Shown here in pieces: positions 10,353 to 20,557 of a DNA stretch of 64,000 bases. The number at the start of each line of letters is the position of its first letter. The stretch's first letter is position 1. The notes beneath the pieces are model-generated. The model did not search any database. It saw nothing but the letters and a program-made list of their open reading frames with translations, and was not told the DNA's origin. The DNA is taken from NCBI GenBank assembly GCA_029256085.1, contig JAQSYP010000002.1:343342-407341 (forward strand), given 5' to 3'. The position numbers and the translations under genes were made by a program. This stretch comes from Bacillales bacterium (GTDB taxonomy: Bacteria; Bacillota; Bacilli; CAJFEE01).

Positions 10353-10910
10353 TTATTTATTTTTTTCTTGTAACCATTCTTTATATTCATGTAATCTGTA
10401 ATCATCAGTTTTTACTACGGTCCATTGATTATCATTCTGTTTTAAGAAGACCTTCATTAAATATTCCCCACCAGATTCTTCGTAGTCATCTGTCAAATAA
10501 ACAATACTTCCGTGAACCAGCACTATTACTTCGTTATCATTTATTGCGTTCACTTTAATTCGTTCATAACTTTCAATATTGTAATTAGCATCCACCAAGT
10601 TAAAACCTTGATTTAAGGATTCAACCTCATTTTTTTCTACATTAATTCCTTTTTTACTATCAATATTCTCTTTTAATTCTGGGTACCTTTCCCAAAGAAT
10701 GTTTATATCATTATTTATAACTGCTTGAGTTCTATGGTACATGTATTCTTTTATAGGATTTGTATATTTCACCCAATCTGATGGTTCAGGTTCAACAAAG
10801 CCTTCTAAATCTTTTTTTGAATTAAGGTCGTCTGACAAAGCTGAATTTTGTTGACACCCTAATAATGAAAATAAAATTACGATTAAACTCCACAAATGAA
10901 ATGTTTTCAT
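10353..10910 (-). CDS. Lipoprotein of unknown function
   Basis: AAGGTGG RBS; lipobox LLGC. Confidence 0.8.
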   Translation of the reverse strand: MKTFHLWSLIVILFSLLGCQQNSALSDDLNSKKDLEGFVEPEPSDWVKYTNPIKEYMYHRTQAVINNDINILWERYPELKENIDSKKGINVEKNEVESLNQGFNLVDANYNIESYERIKVNAINDNEVIVLVHGSIVYLTDDYEESGGEYLMKVFLKQNDNQWTVVKTDDYRLHEYKEWLQEKNK

Positions 10911-11067
10911 TATTTGTCCACCTTTTAACTATATGACCAACTTTACTTTACACATGATTCAAAATGGCATTAAGAAAACCAAGAGGTGTTGCACAATGGT
11001 CTACTTTAATAATTAAAGATAATTAACTAAAAAATTTAGAAAAAAATTATCCAAAGTTTTCCCAATA

Positions 11068-11460
11068 TTATTTCTCCTGAACATTTAGCTTTTTATAAAT
11101 TCTATCTACAATTGGATAGATATCTGGTTCTGTATAATATTTATTATCATTTATTTCATTTAAAGAAAATGAAAAAGTAATTTCTTCACCTTGAAAAAGA
11201 TTAATAGAATATCTAAATCCTTTTCTATCTTCCTGGTTTTCTTCTGGTATAAACTTAATGTCTTTTATCTCTCGTAAAAAATCATTAATCACAATTTTAT
11301 CTGTTATGTTTTTTTTACGACCTGTACTTCCATCTAAAATCTCAATTTTAGTAACATCATTAAGGTCTTTTCCATAAAATTCATGAAGCGTTTTTGTCTC
11401 CAAACCACAACCAGATAAAAGAATCAAAAAAATTAATATCAATCGAATTTGAATCTTCAT
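11068..11460 (-). CDS. Lipoprotein of unknown function
   Basis: Lipobox LSGC; KIEILDGSTG motif. Confidence 0.8.
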   Translation of the reverse strand: MKIQIRLILIFLILLSGCGLETKTLHEFYGKDLNDVTKIEILDGSTGRKKNITDKIVINDFLREIKDIKFIPEENQEDRKGFRYSINLFQGEEITFSFSLNEINDNKYYTEPDIYPIVDRIYKKLNVQEK

Positions 11461-11676
11461 ACAACAACCACCATTTTTTTGTTTTTAAGTGTTTTTCAAA
11501 AATTCAAGTCACCAAAACGTTAATGTTCATAATGTTCCTTCATGCTTCATTCCACTTTTTATCATTACTTTACCTGAAGCAACATTATTTGTATCGTGTT
11601 TTTATTAAATTCTAGTATCTGTTCCATGATGTAATAACATAATAAATCCCCCTAGTAAAAAAATCCAACATTAGAT

Positions 11677-11755
11677 TAATTCTACATTTTAGATTCTGAA
11701 TCCTTTGAACCTAGTAATCTCGTTAAGAAGGTTTATAATAATTAATGTTGAATTT
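11677..11755. promoter_or_regulatory. Third back-to-back sigma-H-type promoter pair
   Basis: Minus: AAAGGATTC-12-GTAGAATTA; plus: GAAGGTTTA-11-GTTGAATTT. Confidence 0.45.
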
Positions 11756-11991
11756 AAATATATAGGATTTAGGAGAAGAAATTAATAATTTTTTAAACAT
11801 TAGAAACTTAAAGATTGATATTAAGTGAAATACAATAACAAAAGATGTAATAAGTTAATAATTAAATCTGGATTTCAACATGAAGGTATTTTATGAAAAT
11901 ATATGTATCAAAACGGAGAGGTACACGATACATATGTGTATTCAATCCTTAAAATCTATTAATAGACAATCGTAATTTAAGGGGAAAAACA

Positions 11992-12618
11992 ATGGAAAAT
12001 GAACTACTAAAAATTTTTGACGAAAATCACAATAACATTGGTATTACTAGTAGAGAAGAAGTACATAGATTAGGATATTGGCATGAATCAATACATTTTT
12101 GGTTCATTAGCAAATCAAATGAAAAATATTATATTTATCTTCAAATTCGTAGTAAATCAAAGAAGGATTATCCAGGACTTTTAGACATAACTGCTGCTGG
12201 ACATATATTAGCTGAAGAAACAATTCAAGATGGTATAAGAGAGGTAAAGGAAGAAGTAGGAATTGATGTATCATTTGACTGCCTGATTCCTTTAGGCATA
12301 ATTAATTACAGTGTTATTAAAGAAGACTTTATAGATAAAGAAATAGCCAATGTATTCTTATATTTAAATGATAGGGATTTAGAAGATTTTTCACTTCAAA
12401 CTGAAGAAGTTTCTGGTATTGTAAGAGCGGAATTTAGAGATTTCGTAAAACTATTCCACGGAGAAGTTGAGACTATCAACGTACAAGGATATGTTCATGA
12501 TTTCGAAGGGAACAAAAAGTTACTAGATAAAAGTGTTGGAAAAATAAATTTTGTTCAACATCCATCATCCTATTATGAAGATATTATTATGAAAATTACT
12601 GATGTTATTGGAAGATAG
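11992..12618 (+). CDS. NUDIX hydrolase (IDI-like subfamily)
   Basis: AGHILAEETIQDGIREVKEEVGI Nudix box; REEVHRLGYWH N-terminal motif. Confidence 0.9.
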   Translation: MENELLKIFDENHNNIGITSREEVHRLGYWHESIHFWFISKSNEKYYIYLQIRSKSKKDYPGLLDITAAGHILAEETIQDGIREVKEEVGIDVSFDCLIPLGIINYSVIKEDFIDKEIANVFLYLNDRDLEDFSLQTEEVSGIVRAEFRDFVKLFHGEVETINVQGYVHDFEGNKKLLDKSVGKINFVQHPSSYYEDIIMKITDVIGR

Positions 12619-12780
12619 GACTTCACACAAAAAAGCCTACCTTTTTACAGATAAGCTCACGTTATACATATAAATAATCAATTACTTTTTGGATGTAACT
12701 TTCTAATTTTTGATTAGTGTCTACAACCATGCATTCATACTCCGATGGTTTTTTACTATTTCAATTTATGAGGTAACTAG

Positions 12781-13179
12781 ATGATTAACTTTATAAGAAG
12801 GTTTCTATTTTTTATTAGTAGTTTAGTAGTTTCAGGACTTTTATATCCGGTTAAGTTTATTTATTCAACAACACTAATTTCAGCTATACTTTTTCCTTTA
12901 GTATTTATAGCGATTTACCAAAAATATATATTTAAAACTAATATAAAGGGATATATCTCTTCAATTTTGTTAGCTACAATTCCAGTTACTTTTGGTTGCC
13001 TTGTTCATGATGTCTATTGGGTATTACATGACACAGGTAATCTGAATGCATTTTTTGCTCCTCATCCTAACAATCCATATGGTTTACCTCCAATTTATAT
13101 ACATGGTACATTGACGATTGGAGTAACATATTCTTTTTTACAGCATATCAAACAGTTTAAAACTAAATATCTCTTTTAA
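12781..13179 (+). CDS. Hypothetical membrane protein (4 TM)
   Basis: GAGGT RBS; hydrophobic ORF. Confidence 0.65.
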   Translation: MINFIRRFLFFISSLVVSGLLYPVKFIYSTTLISAILFPLVFIAIYQKYIFKTNIKGYISSILLATIPVTFGCLVHDVYWVLHDTGNLNAFFAPHPNNPYGLPPIYIHGTLTIGVTYSFLQHIKQFKTKYLF

Positions 13180-13499
13180 AGTGCCATTTTTATTTTTTAT
13201 TATGGTCCTTGTTATTTTGATCTAAATGATCCATTAGCCAAAATAAAAATAAAGTTAATAATATAGACCCTAAAAAATAATATACCGCTGATTTAAACAT
13301 TTCAGTTTCATAGAATTTTAATACCCTACCGTTAGCATCTACTATAGAATATAAGTACATAATGTCATCATCACTCAATTTCTTTTATAATTTGCAGTTT
13401 CAAAATCGTTTGTTACTGAAGTGAATTTTTTAAAAATCTAGTATAATAATGTACATTACCAGCTCTAGAAAGAAGAACCCAAATGGTATAAAACCTATT

Positions 13500-14249
13500 T
13501 TACTTATTTAATTCTCGAAGTAAATTTTCATCTTCAGAGCCAATCCGATCCATTTTTGAAGTATGCCGAAGTAATTTTCTCTCTGTAATTGTTTTCTCGT
13601 CTCTAATAATAATTTCAAATAAACCATTCTTATCGGTATATATTACTTGTAGAGAATTAATATTGTACTTATTTCCTAATTTATCAATAACATCTTTAGT
13701 TATTTTTGCAGCATTTTTTTTACTTTCATTTTCTGGTATTTTATTTCGGTTCATAACACTTAAATAAAGTTTTTGTGAAGTTTTAAGTTTATAAATATCT
13801 TTTGAATATCTGCCATTTGCCACGATACTAGTGTATAAATACGCATGTTTCAACTCAATATTCCCTACTTGTGATTGCTGTAAATTCCTGAAATCATGTT
13901 GGAACTCTTTTTCAAAATCTTCCATAACACTTTCATCATCTATCTTATTATGATGAAGATCGATTCTAATTTTTCTATCTAAGCTAGACACATGCACATC
14001 ATAATTTGAATTCAACACATCATACATTGGAGTTATTTTACCTCCAGATCCGCCATAAACCTGTTCTAAATAATTTTCAATTTTCTCTTTGGCAATAATG
14101 CTTCCAAATGGTACAAAATTAATAACTGAATATAAATATAGTGCTATTGCTATATAAATTATTGTTCTTATCCTTCTAATTAATTTCTTATCTATTTGTT
14201 CATACCAATTTAATAACCTTCTAAAAGAGATTATTTTAATCACAATCAC
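13500..14249 (-). CDS. Membrane-anchored hypothetical protein; paralog of 2146..2844
   Basis: ANGRYSKDIYKLKTSQKLY versus ANGNYSKNIFKLKTSQMLY; start probably GTG 14243. Confidence 0.8.
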   Translation of the reverse strand: MIVIKIISFRRLLNWYEQIDKKLIRRIRTIIYIAIALYLYSVINFVPFGSIIAKEKIENYLEQVYGGSGGKITPMYDVLNSNYDVHVSSLDRKIRIDLHHNKIDDESVMEDFEKEFQHDFRNLQQSQVGNIELKHAYLYTSIVANGRYSKDIYKLKTSQKLYLSVMNRNKIPENESKKNAAKITKDVIDKLGNKYNINSLQVIYTDKNGLFEIIIRDEKTITERKLLRHTSKMDRIGSEDENLLRELNK

Positions 14250-14462
14250 CTCATATTTTTTTATACTGTTTAAAGCGATAAGATAGTTAGGAACAATTTT
14301 AAAAAAATTTAGACATTAAACTAACTTACCATAAAGTTAAGTTGATTTATTAAATTTCAATGTCTACACTATCTATTTATAAGTAGAATATTTCGTGATG
14401 AAATTGCTAATAACCTTTAATTAATTTAAAATAAGCCAGGGTTTCCCCTGACTTGAATTCCT

Positions 14463-15857
14463 TTATAAAAACTTCCTACTCACACTCTTCCCATCATACG
14501 TAAATAGCACTTGCCTGTTTTCAACAGTTGATTCGAGACTAACTGCTCTTCCCCAAAGTTGTTGAATGTTAGGAAGCACTTTTTCCAAATATTTAACGTC
14601 TAACTCTATTCCTTCATAATAATGCTTTAGGTAAAGCTCTCCATTTTTTAGATAATCTCCATCTTCTACTAAAATATATGGGAAGCCACCATTAACTCGC
14701 ATACCAACAAGTTGATCCCTAACATTCTCCCACTCTTTATCTACTATTTTATATTCACGACCTTGGCGTTGGAACAGATACATATCCTCTCGCATCACGA
14801 GATCTTTTGTTAAATAGTTTCGTAGAAATGAAGTGTCACCCTCAATTTCACGCACCTCAAAAATTTTCTCACGACCGCTGCCAGGTTTCACGCCGTTCTT
14901 AATCATCTCAGGAGTTGGATTATTCCAACGTTCTTCAATATCTTTATAGATTTGAATTCCTAAGTAATATGGGTTAATTGATGTCTTCGATGGCTGCACA
15001 ACACCCGCGTTTAACTTCGAGTATTCGACAGCTTCACTTGTTGTTAAGTCCAGTTCTTGTAGGATTTTCTGATGCCAGTAGGAAGCCCAGCCCTCATTCA
15101 TGATCTTAGTCTCCAGTTGCGGCCAGAAATAAAGCATCTCTTCACGCATCATTGTTAGGATGTCGCGTTGCCAGTCTTCAAGATCTTTACTAAACTCCTC
15201 AATGAATAGCAACAAATCCTTTTCAGGTCGTGGTGGAAATTTCTTTTTCTTCTCACCGTTAAGCTGCTTCTTTTTTACGTTACGTTTATCCAAATCCCAT
15301 AAATCATCGAACTCAGTTCTTTTCTGAATCTCTACTTCTTCTTCCTCATCCCAACTATAATCTAACTTCATCAAAGATGGGTCCACGTGCTCCTGAATTG
15401 ATAACACCGCATCTATAAATCTTTCAACCTTTTTTTGCCCATAACGGACCTCGTAATCTCTTATTCGATCCGCTGTTGCTGACATACTTTCAACCATATC
15501 CCGATTCGTCTTAGAAAACCGTACATTATTTTTGAAAAAATCACAGTGAGCTAACACGTGGGCAACGATTAGTTTATTTTGAATTAAGGAATTAGTGTCT
15601 AATAAGAACGCATAGCACGGATTTGAATTGATAACTAGCTCATAAATCTTACTCAGTCCAATATCGTATTGCATTTTCATCTTATGGAACTGTTTACCGA
15701 AGCTCCAATGCGAAAACCGTGTTGGCATTCCATATGCGCCAATTGTATATAAAACCTCTGCAGGACAGACTTCATATCTCATTGGAAAGAAATCTAAGCC
15801 AAAGCCCTTTGCGATCTCCGTAATTTCACCAATTGATCGTTCAAGCTCATTCATCAT
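14463..15857 (-). CDS. spoVR: Stage V sporulation protein R
   Basis: [29 protein letters not shown] and [17 protein letters not shown] signatures. Confidence 0.95.
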   Translation of the reverse strand: MMNELERSIGEITEIAKGFGLDFFPMRYEVCPAEVLYTIGAYGMPTRFSHWSFGKQFHKMKMQYDIGLSKIYELVINSNPCYAFLLDTNSLIQNKLIVAHVLAHCDFFKNNVRFSKTNRDMVESMSATADRIRDYEVRYGQKKVERFIDAVLSIQEHVDPSLMKLDYSWDEEEEVEIQKRTEFDDLWDLDKRNVKKKQLNGEKKKKFPPRPEKDLLLFIEEFSKDLEDWQRDILTMMREEMLYFWPQLETKIMNEGWASYWHQKILQELDLTTSEAVEYSKLNAGVVQPSKTSINPYYLGIQIYKDIEERWNNPTPEMIKNGVKPGSGREKIFEVREIEGDTSFLRNYLTKDLVMREDMYLFQRQGREYKIVDKEWENVRDQLVGMRVNGGFPYILVEDGDYLKNGELYLKHYYEGIELDVKYLEKVLPNIQQLWGRAVSLESTVENRQVLFTYDGKSVSRKFL

Positions 15858-15990
15858 AAAATCAGCCCCCTTCTTATTCAGTTTATGAAAAGTAAGTTGT
15901 TGGCATGATTTTTAATAATAATTTTAGTCTACTCTAAACTTCCTATAATGATGGCCCATTAACTCATTCAAAAAGAACGTAATTTATTGG

Positions 15991-16036
15991 ATGTAAAAAA
16001 AGTAACAATTTGAATGATTGTTACTTTTTTTTACAT
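15991..16036 (-). terminator. Intrinsic terminator of the arsR-dsrE-tsoY-like operon
   Basis: ATGTAAAAAAAGTAACAAT...ATTGTTACTTTTTTTTACAT inverted repeat about 20 nt past the read-through stop at 16059. Confidence 0.65.
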
Positions 16037-16058
16037 GAGTCACTTGATTTGTTTAACA

Positions 16059-17225
16059 TTACAAAGACCTTGCCTTCCCGATTGGCATATTGTGTTGTGC
16101 TAGAATTTCTAACTTATTAGTTTTATGAAATTTCATAAATATTAAAGCGTAAAAAATTACCGCTATTACAATACTGACATAGTTCAACACTTCAAGAATT
16201 GCTATAGGATAATATAGCCCTTGAACATAAACTCCCAAAACTTGGGAGCCTACTAGCGCTCAAACCATCGACCATTGCGTTGGAGAAAATTGACTCTTGT
16301 AAAAATCTTTTCTTAGATAATCAAATATCAAATATATTGTAAATATTCCCCAACCTATTGTAATTAGATAAGACAAATTAATTATTAAATATAAACTAAT
16401 ATTTAATTTAAAAGAATAAACACCTTCCAAATATAGAAGAATTCTGTAAAAGCTTAGACCTAAAAGGCAAGTAATTGGAATTACTAAAAGATATGCTGGT
16501 AAAACGGCATTATCAGGTAAATTACCATTTCTAAACTGTACAAATATCAATAAAAATAATTTTGTAATAAACATAATAATACCTATGCATATAAGAAACA
16601 ATGATGCGACCGAAGCTATAGTAGAGATAAAATTATTTTCAGACATGTAAGCTATTCCAGTACCTGTCAAACTTACAAGACCAATAGCAAATACATCGAG
16701 AAGCCATACAAAATTCATTTTGTTAATATCAATTGGATTTGTGAATAATATTTTTGTTACCTTGAACTCTAATATCAAAAGTGATATCAAAAGTAATCCA
16801 AATAGCACTAGTGAAGGCATCATCATTTTTTGAATTGAGATGTTTGGTATAAAAAATGCTAAGGGACCCCAGATTACATTTATGGTCATTGCTATAGAAG
16901 CTATTGGAACAAATATTGAAATATTCATCAGCGGATTTTCTAGAAATTCTTTTAATTTGCTTTTTGTTTTTAACCACATAACAAATCCATAAAGTAGTAT
17001 ACCTATTAAAATTAAATTAATAGATGAAAATAAAAACATAATTACTATTAAAAGCATATACGTGGCATCTTGTATTAAGCTTAAATCAGACCAGTTTATG
17101 TTAAAAAAATTTATTAATCCGCCTCCATGTGGTAATGAAAACTGAAGATAATTAAACGCCATTAATGAAATACCTCCAGCAGCAAGAGCTGATTGAAACT
17201 TAATCGGAGCAAACTGTAATTTCAT
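16059..17225 (-). CDS. TsoY-like multi-pass membrane protein; candidate selenoprotein (in-frame TGA 16260..16262)
   Basis: FQSALAAGGISL N-terminal motif; after ...TQWSMV-TGA the frame stays open for 66 codons with two more TM segments to TAA 16059; 388 aa in total. Confidence 0.7.
16231..16249 (-). promoter_or_regulatory. Bacterial SECIS-like hairpin
   Basis: GCTCCCAA-GTT-TTGGGAGT starting 10 nt after the UGA, with G in the apical loop. Confidence 0.55.
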
Positions 17226-17242
17226 CGTTTTTCTCTCCTTTA

Positions 17243-17563
17243 TTAAAAAGTAACTATTTTATCAGCCCATTCAACCATTTCAACACAATCATTCATAGTT
17301 GAGATTGGACATGCAGAATCTTCATCCATCTTTCTTGATTTCAAGCAAGTACCACAAGCCATTAATTGTCCGTTATTAAATTCAAATTTTTTCATTTCAT
17401 CGACAACATTGAATTTAGGATGTTGTATATTTTCACATTCAACAGCTTCACCCATTAGGAAAAGTTTCACTTCGTTCTCCCTTGATAGGGCTGTATTTGC
17501 AAATCGAAATGCATTCCAAGCTTTTTCCTCTTCTTTTGTTTCTAAAATAATAGCTAACTTCAT
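17243..17563 (-). CDS. DsrE/DsrF-like sulfur relay protein
   Basis: AWNAFRFANTAL, LFLMGEAVE, ACGTCLKSR, CPISTM...ADKIVTF. Confidence 0.9.
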   Translation of the reverse strand: MKLAIILETKEEEKAWNAFRFANTALSRENEVKLFLMGEAVECENIQHPKFNVVDEMKKFEFNNGQLMACGTCLKSRKMDEDSACPISTMNDCVEMVEWADKIVTF

Positions 17564-17575
17564 AAATTATCCCCC

Positions 17576-18235
17576 TTAATTTGTTTCACTCATGAATTTT
17601 TCCCAATCATGGACACTATTCTCTAGTCTAATTGCATTAATTCCTTTTGTTTTTAAAATCTCAACAGCCTCAACAGCCATCAAACAAAAAGGACCCCTAC
17701 AATATGCGACAACATTGCAGTTTACTGGTAGTATTGATAACTTCTGTTCTAATTCTTCAATTGGTATTGAAACTGCACCATCAATATGAGCTACATCATA
17801 TTCTTCCTTTGGTCTCACGTCTAACAGTAAAATCTCTCCATTATCCATTCTCTCTTTTAGTTCTAAAAGTGTTATCCCCTCCAATTCTAGACTCTTGTTT
17901 AAAAATTCTTCTTTAATTTGCTGAACTTGAACTAAATTTTTTTCAGATAGTTTATGAAGGGAATTCAAAAAATCAATAGTCTCTGAATCACCTAACTTAT
18001 AAATTACAAAGTTACCTTGTTTTCTGAACTTTACTAATCTTGCATTATGAAGTATTTGTAAGTGCTGTGAAACATTAGCAACAGACATTCCTGTACCTTT
18101 GGCTAATGATTCAACAGATTTAGGACTTTGTGTTAAAAGGTCAAGTATCTCTAACCTTTTGGGGCTAGACAAACATTTTCCAATCCGTGCAAATTCCTGA
18201 TATAGCATATCTTTTAATGTTCTCTCTTCTAACAT
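17576..18235 (-). CDS. ArsR-family regulator fused to a rhodanese domain
   Basis: GAGGTG RBS, ATG 18235; LSSPKRLEILDLL...NVSQHLQIL wHTH; LLDVRP..EY...HIDGA and YCRG rhodanese motifs. Confidence 0.92.
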   Translation of the reverse strand: MLEERTLKDMLYQEFARIGKCLSSPKRLEILDLLTQSPKSVESLAKGTGMSVANVSQHLQILHNARLVKFRKQGNFVIYKLGDSETIDFLNSLHKLSEKNLVQVQQIKEEFLNKSLELEGITLLELKERMDNGEILLLDVRPKEEYDVAHIDGAVSIPIEELEQKLSILPVNCNVVAYCRGPFCLMAVEAVEILKTKGINAIRLENSVHDWEKFMSETN

Positions 18236-18247
18236 ATAAATCACCTC

Positions 18248-18306
18248 AACTATTCAATTGTTTTGTTGAATAGTTTAATTATATTTACATTATATTTTAT
18301 TAGCAA
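18248..18306 (-). promoter_or_regulatory. Sigma-A promoter with ArsR-type operator
   Basis: TTGCTA-17-TATAAT; perfect inverted repeat AACTATTCAA-8-TTGAATAGTT at 18248..18275 between -10 and RBS. Confidence 0.75.
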
Positions 18307-18524
18307 CAAATTAGTTCTGATTTTTAATAATAACTTTCAATATTTTGTCCAATAAAAAAAGAACTAAATTCGCAAAAAATTTGGTTCTTTTGTTTCACCT
18401 ACAGATTTTCGAGAAACTTCTTTTTCTTATCAGAAAAAATTCTAAAAAATAAAATATTATATAATACTATTAAATACATTATTTAAAAGAGCTAGTAAAT
18501 TATATAACCATTTAGGAGAATCCA

Positions 18525-19133
18525 ATGAATAACAATAGTAACATTAAAAAATATAAAATACTTTCGCATGTTTATGATAGTATTATGGGTATTAAAATTT
18601 TTAGAACAGCACGGAAAAAAGCAATATCATTATTACCATTAAAAAGTAATGATGAAATACTACTTGTTGGCGTTGGTACAGGGGAAGATCTTCAGTTTCT
18701 TCCGGAAAATGTATTAATAACAGGAATTGATTTATCAAATGATATGTTGAAAGTCGCTAACAAAAAAATAAACGGCAAAAATGTTATACTACTTCAAATG
18801 AATGCCGAAGACCTTGAATTTAGTGATAAGACGTTTAACTGCGTAATTTTGAACCTAATATTAAGCGTAGCGGAAAATCCGAAAGATGTGATAAAAGAGG
18901 CATTACGTGTATTAACTGATGATGGAACAATATTAATCTTTGATAAATTTTTAGAAAATAAGAAACAACCAAGCTTTTTTAGAAGTTTGTTAAATATTAT
19001 AACTAGAAGTATTGGAACTGATATTAATCGGAATTTAGATGATATTTTATACGGTTTACCACTTGAGATTATTAGAGAGGAAAACTCTATTTTGAATGGA
19101 AGTTATAAGATAATTTTAATAAAAAAAATATAA
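18525..19133 (+). CDS. Class I SAM-dependent methyltransferase (PmtA-like)
   Basis: ILLVGVGTG motif I; GIDLS; MNAEDLEF. Confidence 0.9.
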   Translation: MNNNSNIKKYKILSHVYDSIMGIKIFRTARKKAISLLPLKSNDEILLVGVGTGEDLQFLPENVLITGIDLSNDMLKVANKKINGKNVILLQMNAEDLEFSDKTFNCVILNLILSVAENPKDVIKEALRVLTDDGTILIFDKFLENKKQPSFFRSLLNIITRSIGTDINRNLDDILYGLPLEIIREENSILNGSYKIILIKKI

Positions 19134-19161
19134 ACGTTAACAAAAAAGGAGTTCCAAGAAA

Positions 19162-19362
19162 ATGGTAATCCAATCAAATATGTCTCCAAAGTCGATAGTT
19201 GAAGTATGGAAACATACTGCTGCAACTTTCCATGAATACAACATCCCTATTATTGATCAACCTCTAGAATTTTTTGTTGATAGAGAAAAAATTTCTTCTT
19301 TAATGATGGAGTTAAATCGTTTGGTAGGAAGTTCCCCAGCTACATGTGTACATGGCGGATGA
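19162..19362 (+). CDS. Small protein ending in CxxGG
   Basis: AAGGGAG RBS; follows the methyltransferase closely; C-terminus TCVHGG. Confidence 0.7.
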   Translation: MVIQSNMSPKSIVEVWKHTAATFHEYNIPIIDQPLEFFVDREKISSLMMELNRLVGSSPATCVHGG

Positions 19363-19400
19363 CAACTCACCTCTAAAGAGAAGTAGTTTACTTCTAAAAA

Positions 19401-20372
19401 TTAATTCTCCATGGAACTTAAATCTAAAAAATACCTTCGCCCTTTATAAGTTCCAGTGCTTTTCAAATTTATTTTTGCTAATAAGTTATAAGTAGATCTA
19501 GAACTTAAGTTTAAAAATTCACTAATCTCAGAGTTTGAGAAGTTTTGATCAAAAAGTAAAGTATAGTCTTTAATAGCTTGTATATGTGCATCTTTTGAAA
19601 CAGTATCACATTTTTGGCAATGCCAACGTCCATACTCCCTTTTCATGATGTTTTCGCACTTTGGACAAATGACCCCTTTAATAATATCTTCACTATTCAA
19701 TTCAAACTTTTTTACTTTGTCCTCTATTAAAGGTGAATGGGCTTTTAGCAAGGTTTTATTTAATTTTTTTATTACTGGATTACTTATTATATCTCTATTA
19801 TGGGATTGGCTCATACTATTAATTTTTCCGATCAACATAGTCGGTCTAATAATATTTTCGTAATATATGGGACTTGTTGCTACTGTTTTAATTATTGAAT
19901 TTTGATTCGTGAAAACAACGAGGGTTTTGATTGGTATTTGTGGGAATTTATTTTTGCTTAGCCAGTTATTTAATTGATACTTCTGATGAATTACCTGCCG
20001 AATTGGATCAGGATATATTTCTTCCTTATCTTTGTACATTTTAATGAGTTGGTTATATTTCTCATCAATTATTATTTCACCTATATAATTTTTAGTTTCG
20101 ATTATAAGCAGAAATCCATAAGTAATAATTAAAAAATCTAGTTGAAAAGCACCATTTTCACCTTCAATTCTTAAACTTTGAAAAATATAGAAGTTCCACT
20201 GATCTAGAAAATTCAGGTAATAGTCTAAAGATTGTTCACCTTTGATTCCTGATATGCACATTTTTAAATCGTCCTCAACTTTACTTCTTTTACTATGACT
20301 AATTGGTATTCTTCGAAGAATTGCCTCCAATTTTTGCTGACTTATTGAATTTCCTCTCTTTTTAACTATCAA
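19401..20372 (-). CDS. NERD nuclease-related domain protein with Zn ribbon and C-terminal HTH
   Basis: G..GE, FQLDFL, IIETKNY NERD motifs; CPKC...CQKC. Confidence 0.88.
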   Translation of the reverse strand: MIVKKRGNSISQQKLEAILRRIPISHSKRSKVEDDLKMCISGIKGEQSLDYYLNFLDQWNFYIFQSLRIEGENGAFQLDFLIITYGFLLIIETKNYIGEIIIDEKYNQLIKMYKDKEEIYPDPIRQVIHQKYQLNNWLSKNKFPQIPIKTLVVFTNQNSIIKTVATSPIYYENIIRPTMLIGKINSMSQSHNRDIISNPVIKKLNKTLLKAHSPLIEDKVKKFELNSEDIIKGVICPKCENIMKREYGRWHCQKCDTVSKDAHIQAIKDYTLLFDQNFSNSEISEFLNLSSRSTYNLLAKINLKSTGTYKGRRYFLDLSSMEN

Positions 20373-20557
20373 ATGTTCAACACTCTCCTTTTATTTAAAA
20401 ATATAAACCTATCTACTTAATTTTTCGAATAGCTAAAATTAAATTTTCAATAGATTTTGTTCGTAATTTTAAATTTCGGGTTCAATTTTTAAATTAAAAT
20501 GAGATTTAACACCCTTAAATTAACTTACATTTAAAAATATCATTAACTTTATGTAAT

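Noticed and set aside
11605-11640. MLLHHGT stub as an ADP-ribosyltransferase-like remnant
   Set aside because: Good RBS but only 11 codons; not enough to assign
13190-13378. 62-aa ORF
   Set aside because: No clear RBS; probably a gene fragment that cannot be assigned
19360-19386. Second UGA read-through after TCVHGG
   Set aside because: Only 7 further codons before TAG and no convincing SECIS-like stem
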